Made by a program: the position numbers and the translations under genes. Shown piece after piece: positions 11,001-19,227 of a stretch of 64,000 bases of DNA. The DNA comes from Candidatus Gastranaerophilales bacterium (GTDB taxonomy: Bacteria; Cyanobacteriota; Vampirovibrionia; Gastranaerophilales; Gastranaerophilaceae), in the NCBI GenBank assembly GCA_944324905.1, contig CALUYB010000002.1, positions 17,834-81,833 of the forward strand, written 5' to 3'. Numbering within the stretch: the first letter of the stretch is position 1; every line of letters begins with the position of its first letter. The notes beneath the pieces were generated by a model. That model had not been told where the DNA came from, searched no databases, and was given only the letters and a program-made list of their open reading frames with translations.

Positions 11001-11557
11001 AATGTGTTAACGAACTAAAAGCAAATAAATCTAAGGACCCTTATGCTAAAGAAAAAATTAAAAAACCTCAAAACGCTGTTGTTGATATTAATGTAACAGC
11101 TTATATACCTGATGAGTGGGTAGGCGGTTACGAGCAAAAAATGCTTGAATATAAACGCTTGAGCGATGTTAAAAATGCAGCTGAGCTTGATAATGTTGTA
11201 ATAGGTTTTAAAGACAGGTTTTCAAAATTGCCAGACAGTGTTGAAAATTTAATAAAACTAATACGACTAAGGTTAATTGCAGAGCAAAACGGAATTTCCA
11301 TGATTAGAGAAACTCCTGATAGTATCAGAATATACACCCCTTACAATGAAAGGGAATGGATGTATTTAAGGCGAAAAATTGACTTTTCCTTAACAAAATA
11401 TTTTAAGTTTACAAACCCTCCAAAGTCAGTAACTAACGCTTGCGGCATTTTGCTTATGAATAAAAATAATCTTAATTTTGATGAAGTATTTAACATATTA
11501 ACAGATTTGTTTTATTATATATCTAAAGTAGTATCTGAATTTAAAATTCAAAATTAA
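8063..11557 (+). CDS. mfd: Transcription-repair coupling factor
   Basis: 1164 aa. Carries an RNAP-interaction (CarD-like) block EGEYVVHSIHGVGIY, helicase motif I ADVGFGKTE, motif II DEEHKFGV and QLRGRVGRS. Confidence 0.95.
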   Translation: MRAELQKIKIPALKRFLGLEGVYKLSLTSLNNPLKLLIFKTILDYGKKVLYITPNEQSALKFQKDLENFCEIEAKIFPFQDINFYDDVEKNYYIYQEQINVLLGGYDIVAAPIKSLFEKFPTRNFYEKNSFKIKLNEDVDYQNLIKSLSKLGYKRVVSVVDVGEFCVRGDILDIYTLDKNPVRIEFFGDTVEDIRFFDPKTQRSVEKIKEITIYPLYKFLPEESAVKNFKNSLLNVVKSTNNELAEDIYNQICEKINESGYFDGIEYYQNYLTNALCSPLEYFRDYVIVLDETSQIFAKYENLDKDFCEQYQKEVASNLKLPLCDLNHIKYEEFSRDIKKFKTIGFDNFLDDDFDKMIEFQTSLTPIFSSDVDEIVQYISNNLKKNAKISICTNYPKRMEEILKEKEIFSNSIEISPPLSSGGGVIDFDDNFETPKGRYIFLSDKELFNKRSKDVTVRKYSKNKQSQDYIDSINDIKEGEYVVHSIHGVGIYKGLTKQEIDGAKKDYLEIEFANTDKLFMPAEQINLLYRYRGSGSVKPKLSKMGGSAWEATKSKAKAEVEIIAQDLLELYAKRQMSQGIAFEPDTTWQFEMEDAFEFTETPDQMKAIVDTKADMEAPRPMDRLICADVGFGKTEIAIRAIFKAVMSGKQAALIAPTTILALQHYQTIFERFKPFSVRVELLSRFRSAKEQKQVVKEINEGSVDVVIGTHRLLGDDIQFKNLGLLVIDEEHKFGVRHKEKLKKFRENIDILAMSATPIPRTLNMALSGIKDLSVINTPPKNRLSVKTYVGEFNEAYLKNAINHEIQRDGQVFYLYNRVETIYQFRDYLSSIVPNVRIAVAHGQMKEGELERIMYEFANKEYDLLLCTTIIESGLDISNANTIFIHDSDRFGLAQLYQLRGRVGRSDRQAYCYCFYKKSKELTPDAYKRLNAIKDFESLGSGYHIALRDIEIRGVGNILGSKQHGHMVNVGFDTYCNLLEECVNELKANKSKDPYAKEKIKKPQNAVVDINVTAYIPDEWVGGYEQKMLEYKRLSDVKNAAELDNVVIGFKDRFSKLPDSVENLIKLIRLRLIAEQNGISMIRETPDSIRIYTPYNEREWMYLRRKIDFSLTKYFKFTNPPKSVTNACGILLMNKNNLNFDEVFNILTDLFYYISKVVSEFKIQN

Positions 11558-11575
11558 ATATAAGGAGTAAAATTT

Positions 11576-12700
11576 ATGAAGTTTACAAAAGTATGTTTAA
11601 GTGCATTGTGTTCACTTTTATTGTTTGCAGGCTGCACTTCAAATAATAAAGCTATAATCACTGTAAATGGTGAAGCAATTACAAGAGGTGAATATAATGA
11701 GATGATTAACCTTATTAAAAATAATCCTCAGTTTAAAAATGCACCTGCGGCCGAAAAAGTTGAAACAAGCCCTGTAATGCTAATGACAAAAGAAAGAGTT
11801 GTGCAAGATTTAATTGTTAAAAAACTGCTTAATCAAGAGTATAAAAAGCGTAATATAACAGCAAGTAATGCTGAGATTGAAGCTAAGAAACAAGAAATTA
11901 TTAAGCAACTTGGTTCTGAAGAAAAATTTAATGAAATCTTAAAACAAAACAATGTTTCTCAAAAGAGAATTAAAGAAGATTTAGCTAACGAAGTAAAAAT
12001 TCACAAATTAGTTGAAGCTACATCAGATGTTAAAGTTAGCGATAAAGAAGTAAAAGATTTCTACAACCAAAACAAAGAACGCTTTAATTACCCTGAAAGA
12101 GTAAAAGCATCTCATATTTTAATCGAGGCTAATCCTGAACTTATTAAAAAATCAATAATCGACGCTGATAAAGACGGCAAATTAAGCGCGGCTGATATTG
12201 ATAAAAAAGTAAAAGAAGAAATGGATAAGAAAATGGCTCTTGCTCAAGATGTTAGAGCGCAAGCACTTAAAGATCCAAAGAAATTTGCAGATTTGGCAAA
12301 AAAATATTCTGATGACAAAGGAACCGCTCAAAAAGGAGGAGATTTAGGTTATTTCCCCCGCGAAGCAATGGTTAAAGAATTTTCTGATGTTGCATTCTCA
12401 ATTAAACCTGATACTATTTCAGAAATTGTTGTTACAAGATTTGGAAATCATATAATACTTGTGACAGATAGATCTGCAGCAGGTCTTGCACCTTTTGAAC
12501 AAGTTCAAGGTGAAATTAAAGCTTACATGGAACAAGACAAGAAAATCTCAGCATTGCAAAAGTTGTTTGACGGTTTAAAATCAAATGCAAAAATTGAATT
12601 TAACGATCCGTCATTTAACCCTGAAAATATTCAAAAACAACTAAGAGCTGCAGCGCAAGCAAGTGCTGAAAGCCAAAAAATGATGACACCTGCAAAATAG
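11576..12700 (+). CDS. Parvulin-type peptidyl-prolyl isomerase lipoprotein (PrsA/SurA-like)
   Basis: Lipobox LLFAGC. The rotamase domain runs ASHILIE...GGDLGYF...FGNHIIL. There is a strong GGAG upstream. Confidence 0.85.
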   Translation: MKFTKVCLSALCSLLLFAGCTSNNKAIITVNGEAITRGEYNEMINLIKNNPQFKNAPAAEKVETSPVMLMTKERVVQDLIVKKLLNQEYKKRNITASNAEIEAKKQEIIKQLGSEEKFNEILKQNNVSQKRIKEDLANEVKIHKLVEATSDVKVSDKEVKDFYNQNKERFNYPERVKASHILIEANPELIKKSIIDADKDGKLSAADIDKKVKEEMDKKMALAQDVRAQALKDPKKFADLAKKYSDDKGTAQKGGDLGYFPREAMVKEFSDVAFSIKPDTISEIVVTRFGNHIILVTDRSAAGLAPFEQVQGEIKAYMEQDKKISALQKLFDGLKSNAKIEFNDPSFNPENIQKQLRAAAQASAESQKMMTPAK

Positions 12701-12716
12701 GTAAAGTATAAAAAAA

Positions 12717-12766
12717 TAAAACAGCCGTCGACAACAAAAAAAGTTATTGACGGTTGTTTTATATTT
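12717..12766 (+). terminator. Hairpin terminator downstream of the PPIase gene
   Basis: AAACAGCCGTC ... GACGGTTGTTT stem (one G.U pair, long loop) followed by a T-rich run. It overlaps the 5' extension of ORF 12747, which argues for the later start at 12777. Confidence 0.45.
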
Positions 12767-12776
12767 AAGGAGAAAA

Positions 12777-13241
12777 ATGGGAAAAGTTATTGAAAGAGAT
12801 AAACTTGAAGATCTTTTAAAAGTTTTAAGGTCGCAAAAAAAGATGATTGTTGCAACAAACGGCTGTTTTGACATACTCCACGCCGGGCATGTCCGATACC
12901 TTAAGAAAAGTAAGGCGTTTGGCGATGTTTTAATAGTTGGTTTAAATTCAGACAAATCTGTACGCTCAATTAAAGGTCCAACGCGCCCTATTAACAATGA
13001 AAATGATAGAGCAGAAGTTTTATGTGCGCTGGAGAGTGTAGATTATGTTGTGCTTTTTGATGAGGATTCACCTAAAGATTTGCTTGAAATAATTAAACCC
13101 AATATTTACACAAAAGGGGCTGATTATACCCTAAAAACCTTGCCAGAAGCCGATGTTGTACTTAAAAATAACGGTTGGGTCGAATTTATTGAGCTTGTCG
13201 AAGGAAAATCTACAACAAAAATAATCGACAAAATTAAATAA
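12777..13241 (+). CDS. D-glycero-beta-D-manno-heptose-1-phosphate adenylyltransferase (stand-alone RfaE/HldE domain II, cytidylyltransferase fold)
   Basis: NGCFDILHAGHVRYL (HxGH nucleotidyltransferase motif). The ATG at 12777 is preceded by AAGGAGAAAA. The track's 12747 start lies inside the upstream terminator. Confidence 0.85.
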   Translation: MGKVIERDKLEDLLKVLRSQKKMIVATNGCFDILHAGHVRYLKKSKAFGDVLIVGLNSDKSVRSIKGPTRPINNENDRAEVLCALESVDYVVLFDEDSPKDLLEIIKPNIYTKGADYTLKTLPEADVVLKNNGWVEFIELVEGKSTTKIIDKIK

Positions 13242-13288
13242 TTGTACTAAAATAGACATATTCTAATAGCATTTGAGGAGCAAAAAAG

Positions 13289-14398
13289 GTGAGTAAAAAA
13301 AGTTTTTCGCAAAAAGAAATTTCCGAAATTTTAGGCGGCATTTTAACAGTTGTAAAAGATGGCACAATAGATAAAGTTGCACCGCCTTTGCTTGCTGATG
13401 AAACTACACTGGCACTTGCTTTGGGTGAAGATGAAATAGCTAACCTTGCGCAGACAAAAGCACATGCTGCACTTGTTCCTTTGGGTGTAAACCTTGAAAA
13501 TATTACAACAATTGAGGTTGAACGCCCTAGACTTGCTATGATGAAACTTTTAAATTTATTTTACGAAGGGCCTGACACACCTGTTGGAATTCACCCTTCT
13601 GCTGTTATTCACCCTGAAGCAAAATTAGGTAAAAATGTTTCAATCGGCCCTAATGTAGTAATTTCAAGAGGGGCTGAAATTGGCGACAATACTGCACTTT
13701 TGCCAAATGTATATGTTGGTAAATTTGCAAAAGTAGGTTCAAATTGTCTATTCCACCCGGGGGTAAATGTGGGTGATAGAGTTCAAATTGGCGACAGATG
13801 TATAATTCACCATGGCGCAAGCCTTGGCGCAGATGGTTTCAGCTTTGTAACAGAAACTCCTGATAACATTGAGAGCGCAAGAAAAGAAGGCGAAATTAAA
13901 GGCGGTAAGGAAAACCAAAAAGTATTTAAAATACCTTCACTAGGTTCTGTCGTTATTGGAAATGATGTTGAAATAGGCGCAAATGCTACAATTGACAGAG
14001 GTACAATTGAAAATACTACTGTTGGCGATCAAACAAAAATTGATAACCTTGTTATGATTGGTCACAACTGCAAAATTGGTCGCGCTTGTATGATAGTTTC
14101 TCAAGTAGGTATTGCAGGCTCTTGCGAAATTGGCGACAGGGTTGTAATAGCTGGACAAGCTGGTCTTGCAGATCATATTTCAATTGGTGATGATTCTATT
14201 ATCCTTGCTCAATCAGGTGTAACTAAATCTCACCCTGCAAAAACAGTTCTTATGGGCGCACCTGCAGTACCCAGAAAAGACTTCCTAAAACGTATGAAAT
14301 ACCTAAACGAAGCGGAAGTTATGGTGCAAAAATACAAAAAATATCAACACTTACTAGAAGATTATGAGAAATTTTTAAATGAAGACGGTAAAATCTAA
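13289..14398 (+). CDS. lpxD: UDP-3-O-acylglucosamine N-acyltransferase
   Basis: GTG start after GAGGAG. Long left-handed beta-helix hexapeptide repeats (IGDNT, VGSNC, IGDRC, IGAN...). First gene of the lpxD-lpxC-fabZ-lpxA run. Confidence 0.9.
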   Translation: MSKKSFSQKEISEILGGILTVVKDGTIDKVAPPLLADETTLALALGEDEIANLAQTKAHAALVPLGVNLENITTIEVERPRLAMMKLLNLFYEGPDTPVGIHPSAVIHPEAKLGKNVSIGPNVVISRGAEIGDNTALLPNVYVGKFAKVGSNCLFHPGVNVGDRVQIGDRCIIHHGASLGADGFSFVTETPDNIESARKEGEIKGGKENQKVFKIPSLGSVVIGNDVEIGANATIDRGTIENTTVGDQTKIDNLVMIGHNCKIGRACMIVSQVGIAGSCEIGDRVVIAGQAGLADHISIGDDSIILAQSGVTKSHPAKTVLMGAPAVPRKDFLKRMKYLNEAEVMVQKYKKYQHLLEDYEKFLNEDGKI

Positions 14399-15209
14399 AA
14401 TTAATGCAAAAGGCAACGGTTTAATGACAAATCTTGAGGCTGAACTTGAGATTTGTCCAAATACATCACAAGAAAAACAAGGTATACGCTTTTTTATAAA
14501 CGACAAAATGATAGAGGCAAAAACCTCAAATGTTGTTTCTTTTGAGCATTTTGTTGTTCTTGCAAACGTTCAGGACGGTGCAGATGCTAAAATTGCTCTT
14601 GTTGAGCATTTTATGGCGGCATGTGCTATTTGCGGAATTGATAATCTTGATGTGCATTTTAAATCACAAGGCTATGAAATCCCCATTATGGATGGCAGTG
14701 CAAAAGTCTGGGTTGATTTATTTAATGAGGCAGGATTTCAGGGCGAACAAGCGCCTGTTAAGCCTATCAACAATCATTTTGTGTTTTCTCATAACAACTC
14801 TATGATTGTGCTTATGCCCAACTCAGGCAAAACAACAATTACCTATGCGGTTAATTATAACCACCCTGATTTAAAAAATCGCTGGGTCAATTTAAATCAA
14901 GATGTAAATATGAACGAAATTATTGAAGCCCGCACTTTTGGATATTTAAAAGACCTTGAAACATTCCAAAAAATGGGTATTTCAAAAGGTGTAACCATTG
15001 AAAACACCGTTGGTATGACAGATGAGGGCGGCTATACAACTAAACTCAGAAGCGAATTTGAACCAGCAAAACACAAAATTCTCGATATTATTGGGGATTT
15101 ATATTTAACAGGAGTAAACCCTCTTGGTTTAAATGCAAATATTCTGGTGAAAGAAGCAGGCCATGGTTTGCATGTTCAATTTGCAAAGAATATTGAAAAA
15201 AGTTTATAA
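14379..15209 (+). CDS. lpxC: UDP-3-O-acyl-N-acetylglucosamine deacetylase
   Basis: VEHFMAA (zinc His), [13 protein letters not shown] and EAGHGLH motifs. Overlaps lpxD by 20 nt. Confidence 0.9.
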   Translation: MKTVKSKINAKGNGLMTNLEAELEICPNTSQEKQGIRFFINDKMIEAKTSNVVSFEHFVVLANVQDGADAKIALVEHFMAACAICGIDNLDVHFKSQGYEIPIMDGSAKVWVDLFNEAGFQGEQAPVKPINNHFVFSHNNSMIVLMPNSGKTTITYAVNYNHPDLKNRWVNLNQDVNMNEIIEARTFGYLKDLETFQKMGISKGVTIENTVGMTDEGGYTTKLRSEFEPAKHKILDIIGDLYLTGVNPLGLNANILVKEAGHGLHVQFAKNIEKSL

Positions 15210-15227
15210 TTTTATAAAGGAGAAAAG

Positions 15228-15677
15228 ATGGATACAACTACAGATAAGCCTCTTTCCATGGATGTTTTAGAAATAATGGAAATGATTCCGCACAGATACC
15301 CTTTTTTGCTTGTGGATAGAATTACAGAATATGTCCCAGGGAAATATTCAAAAGGCTATAAAAATTTAACAGCAAATGAAATGTTTTTTAACGGACATTT
15401 TCCAAATAATCCTGTAATGCCTGGGGTATTGCAAATTGAGGCTATGGCGCAAACTGCAGCTCCTATACTTTTGTCAATGGAGCAATATAAAGGAAAATTA
15501 GCCCTTTTTGCTGCAGTTGACAAAGTAAGATTTAAAAACATTGTGCGCCCCGGCGACAGGCTTGAGATGGAAACATACATGATAAAAGTTAAAGGGCCTA
15601 TTGCAAAATGCGAAGGACGAGCATATGTTGATGGAAAACTTTGCGTAGAAGCCGAACTTACAATAGCATTAAAATAG
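15228..15677 (+). CDS. fabZ: 3-hydroxyacyl-ACP dehydratase
   Basis: HFPNNPVMPGVLQIEAMAQ active-site block; 149 aa; AAGGAGAAAAG ribosome-binding site. Confidence 0.95.
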   Translation: MDTTTDKPLSMDVLEIMEMIPHRYPFLLVDRITEYVPGKYSKGYKNLTANEMFFNGHFPNNPVMPGVLQIEAMAQTAAPILLSMEQYKGKLALFAAVDKVRFKNIVRPGDRLEMETYMIKVKGPIAKCEGRAYVDGKLCVEAELTIALK

Positions 15678-15690
15678 AAAGTGTGAAAAA

Positions 15691-16506
15691 ATGACAATCC
15701 ATAAGAGTGCAGTTATTTGTGATAGTGCACAAATAGCAAACGATGTTGAAATAGGGCCTAATGTCGTAATTGGCGAAGGAGTAATAATTGAAGCAGGGGT
15801 TAAAATTGGCGCCGGCGCGAATATAGAATTTGCAACAATTGGCGAAGGAACTAAAATTTCCCCTATGGCATCAATCGGTGGCGAACCTCAGGATTTAGGC
15901 TATAAAGGTGAAAAAACAGGTGTTATAATTGGCAAAAACTGTTGGATTAGAGAGTTTGCAACAATTAATAGGGCATCTGGCGAAGGCAATGTTACAAAAA
16001 TCGGTAATAAATGTTTGCTTATGGCATATTCTCATGTTGCTCACAACTGTGAACTTGGCGACGAAGTTATTTTTGCAAATGCCGCAACAATTGGCGGGCA
16101 CGTTAAGGTTGGTTTTGGTGCTTTTTTAGGCGGTCAATCAGTATTCCACCAAAATATTAGAATTGGCGAAATGGCAATAATCTCTGGTGCATCGGCTGCA
16201 AGATTGGATATAATCCCATATTGCAAAGCAGAGGGCATACCAGCACTGCCAATTGGTTTAAATGCCATTGGTTTAAGGCGCAGAGGAGTAGATAAAGCCT
16301 CTCGTGATGCCGTTCATAAAGCCATAAGAATTTTAAGAAGCCCCGAGTATAATACCACACAGGCTCTTGAAGTTATTGAAGAAACAGTTGATAAAAATGA
16401 ATATGTAAATAAACTCGTTGATTTTGTAAAAACCTCAAAACGCGGTGTTACTCTGCGTTTTAAAGATGCTTATTACAAAAACATGGAGGAAGGCGATGAA
16501 CAATAA
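15691..16506 (+). CDS. lpxA: Acyl-ACP--UDP-N-acetylglucosamine O-acyltransferase
   Basis: N-terminal hexapeptide-repeat beta-helix, a helical C-terminal domain, and a position after fabZ. Confidence 0.9.
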   Translation: MTIHKSAVICDSAQIANDVEIGPNVVIGEGVIIEAGVKIGAGANIEFATIGEGTKISPMASIGGEPQDLGYKGEKTGVIIGKNCWIREFATINRASGEGNVTKIGNKCLLMAYSHVAHNCELGDEVIFANAATIGGHVKVGFGAFLGGQSVFHQNIRIGEMAIISGASAARLDIIPYCKAEGIPALPIGLNAIGLRRRGVDKASRDAVHKAIRILRSPEYNTTQALEVIEETVDKNEYVNKLVDFVKTSKRGVTLRFKDAYYKNMEEGDEQ

Positions 16507-17605
16507 AACTATTTTAGAAAAATACGCTCAAATTCTGGTTGATTATTCAACAAAAGTGCAAAAGGGTGACTTAGTGCTAATAAGGGCTGAAAGCTACCAA
16601 TGTCAGCCGCTTGTAAAAGAAATATACAAACGTGTACTTGAATGCGGCGCTAATCCTATTGTAAGGTGCTCAATGGAAGGGCTTGCAGTTGATTTTATTA
16701 AGTATGCAAATGATGAGCAGCTTGCTTATGTTGATCCTATTACAAAACTTGAATATGAAAAAGTTGACAAATACATCTCAATAGGTGCGCCATTTAACGT
16801 AAAATGTATGGCAAAGGCTGATTCTAAAAAAATGGCAAAACGTTCGGCTGCAACTCGTGAACTTTCAACACTTATGCTGAATCGTGCAGCTAAAGGTGAG
16901 CTAAGTTGGGTCATTGCGGACTACCCAACTCAAGCACTTGCGCAAGAAGCTAAAATGTCATTAGATGATTATACAGACTTTATTATTAATTCTTGCTATT
17001 TAGACTTAGATAACCCTATTGAAAAATGGCAACAAATAGGCAAGGAGCAAGATAGGCTCGTCAATCTTATGAATGGCGGTAAAAAACTCCATATAATTGG
17101 CGAAAAAACTGATATTACATTTAGCGTTGAAGGAAGAAAATGGGTAAGTTGCTCAGGACTTAACAATTTCCCTGATGGCGAAATTTTTACATCTCCCGTT
17201 GAAGATAGCGCAAATGGCGAAATTTATTTTGATTTCCCGGCAATCTATCGTGGTAACGAATCCCATAAAATTTGGTTAAAACTTGAAAACGGTAAGGTGG
17301 TTGACGCTAAAGCGGAAAAAGGCGAAGATTTTCTTATCTCAATGCTTGATATGGACGCCGGCAGCCGCTTTGTAGGCGAAATTGCAATTGGCACAAATGA
17401 CAGAGTTCAAGATGTAACAGGAAATATTTTATTTGATGAAAAAATCGGCGGCTCGATTCATATGGCTCTTGGCGCAAGTTACCCTGAAACAGGCGGCAAG
17501 AATGAATCCGGTTTACACTGGGATATTATTAAAAACATGAAAGAAAATTCAAAAATATTCCTTGACGACAAATTAATTTATGAAAACGGAAAATTTGTAA
17601 TTTAA
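16496..17605 (+). CDS. M29-family (AmpS/PepS-type) aminopeptidase
   Basis: MNNKTILEKYAQILVDYSTKVQKGDLVLI is a typical M29 N-terminus. The ATG at 16496 follows GGAGGAAGG. The track's 16445 start would overlap lpxA by 62 nt. Confidence 0.85.
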   Translation: MNNKTILEKYAQILVDYSTKVQKGDLVLIRAESYQCQPLVKEIYKRVLECGANPIVRCSMEGLAVDFIKYANDEQLAYVDPITKLEYEKVDKYISIGAPFNVKCMAKADSKKMAKRSAATRELSTLMLNRAAKGELSWVIADYPTQALAQEAKMSLDDYTDFIINSCYLDLDNPIEKWQQIGKEQDRLVNLMNGGKKLHIIGEKTDITFSVEGRKWVSCSGLNNFPDGEIFTSPVEDSANGEIYFDFPAIYRGNESHKIWLKLENGKVVDAKAEKGEDFLISMLDMDAGSRFVGEIAIGTNDRVQDVTGNILFDEKIGGSIHMALGASYPETGGKNESGLHWDIIKNMKENSKIFLDDKLIYENGKFVI

Positions 17606-17609
17606 TAAA

Positions 17610-18494
17610 ATGAAGCCCAATGACACACTAAATCCTTATATATTGTACCTAGAGGATAATTTAAAATCCATTGTTAAAAAAAACTCTAACGAATTAAAGG
17701 ATGATGTTATTGGGTTTCTTTTTGCAAAATCTAAACGTATTCGCCCGATTTTTACTTATCTTTGCACTCTTTTGCTTGATGAAGAAATCGATAAAGATAT
17801 CCAAAATATCGCACTTTGTATTGAACTTTTGCACAGTGCAACGCTTGTGCATGATGATGTGATTGATGAAAGCACAAAAAGGCGCGAAAATGATAGCTTT
17901 TATTCAAAATTTGGCTCAAAAAAGTCAATAATAATAGGAGATTACCTGCTCTCACTTTGTCTTTTGGTGTTGTCAAAAATTCAAAATACGAAAATATCAG
18001 AAATATTCTCACAAAATATTTTAAAAACGATAAATGGCGAAATTAATCAGTTTGACGCGCGTTTTAAAATTCAGGGCGAGAAAGAATATTTGCAAAAAAC
18101 TGCTGCAAAAACTGCAAATCTTTTTGTCTGTGCTGCTCAATCAGTATGCGAGATTAAAAAAGCAAAACCTGAAATCAAAAATGCTCTTGAACAATTTGCA
18201 TATAACTTTGGTACAGTTTTTCAAATTAATAATGATATTAAAAACTTTTTATCATCTCAAGATGACATAAATAACGGCATTTATACACTGCCTTATATTT
18301 ATTTTAAGCAGGAAAATCCAACTTGTGATATAATTAAGCTTAATAAAAATCAAATTTTCAAATATGCCCAAATGGCACAAAGTAAATCAAAAGAAATAAT
18401 TGAAAATGCCTTTTTGGAGCTTGATTTCAGCAAAAACATAAACGCAAAAGATACCATAAAAAGTATATGTGATGACCTTTTGAGGATTCAATGA
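17610..18494 (+). CDS. trans-Polyprenyl diphosphate synthase family protein with an atypical second Asp-rich motif
   Basis: The first Asp-rich motif LVHDDVIDES is intact (17853-17867). The second-motif position reads FQINNDIKN instead of FQxxDDxxD (18228-18245). Confidence 0.8.
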   Translation: MKPNDTLNPYILYLEDNLKSIVKKNSNELKDDVIGFLFAKSKRIRPIFTYLCTLLLDEEIDKDIQNIALCIELLHSATLVHDDVIDESTKRRENDSFYSKFGSKKSIIIGDYLLSLCLLVLSKIQNTKISEIFSQNILKTINGEINQFDARFKIQGEKEYLQKTAAKTANLFVCAAQSVCEIKKAKPEIKNALEQFAYNFGTVFQINNDIKNFLSSQDDINNGIYTLPYIYFKQENPTCDIIKLNKNQIFKYAQMAQSKSKEIIENAFLELDFSKNINAKDTIKSICDDLLRIQ

Positions 18495-19126
18495 AAAGAG
18501 AAGAATTTTTTAAAGCTGCAAAAGATTTTATAAAAGAAACGGTTGAAACCCTTGTTTTTGTTATAGTTGCGGTAATTTTAATAAGGTTTTTTATAGGAGA
18601 ATTGCGCTGGATTCCATCAGGTTCAATGCATCCTACGTTAATTGAAAAAGACAGGCTTTTTGTTGAAAAAGTATCAAAAGTTGTACGCCCCCTAAAAAGA
18701 GGTGATATAGTAGTATTTTATCCTCCTGATGAAACTCTTAAAAAGGATATATTTTCTGTATTTTCACGTCTAACAGGCATATTTTGTAAGGATATTGCTT
18801 ACATTAAAAGAATAGTTGGCATGGAAGGCGACAAGTTTGAAATCAAACAAGATAAAGATGGCGATTGGTATGTCTATATAAATGATATTCCGCTTGATGA
18901 GCCTTATATCTTGTCAAAAACAGATTGGACACCATGTAGGGATGATATGTACTGCGGGCCTTTTGTAATTCCAGAGGGGCAGTATTTCATGATGGGCGAC
19001 AACAGGGGTAACTCGCAAGACAGCCGTTTTTGGGGATTTTTGCCAAAAGAAAGAGTGATTGGGCGTGCTTATTTTGTATTTTGGCCGCTAAATCGCATCG
19101 AAATGCTCAATAAATATGCAAAATAG
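18491..19126 (+). CDS. lepB: Signal peptidase I
   Basis: SGSMHPTL (catalytic Ser), YIKRIVGMEGD (catalytic Lys box), GDNRGNSQDSR, and an N-terminal TM segment. Confidence 0.9.
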   Translation: MKREEFFKAAKDFIKETVETLVFVIVAVILIRFFIGELRWIPSGSMHPTLIEKDRLFVEKVSKVVRPLKRGDIVVFYPPDETLKKDIFSVFSRLTGIFCKDIAYIKRIVGMEGDKFEIKQDKDGDWYVYINDIPLDEPYILSKTDWTPCRDDMYCGPFVIPEGQYFMMGDNRGNSQDSRFWGFLPKERVIGRAYFVFWPLNRIEMLNKYAK

Positions 19127-19227
19127 CCCTGCTCTAAAGTGTTTGGAGTAATATTTATTCATAATTTGACATAGTAGTGTATTTTGTTGTCTAATTATAG
19201 TAACAGACTTGTCTTTGGAAGTTTTGA

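Noticed and set aside
12641-12997. 118-aa minus-strand ORF
   Set aside because: It spans the end of the PPIase gene, a terminator and the heptose adenylyltransferase gene in antisense. It has no motif and no ribosome-binding site.
16445-16495. Upstream extensions of several track ORFs (16445, 12747, 28291, 28942, 35730, 50014, 52444, 61507, 63227)
   Set aside because: In each case an internal ATG with a good Shine-Dalgarno sequence matches the family-typical N-terminus. The extension overlaps an upstream gene, terminator or repeat.
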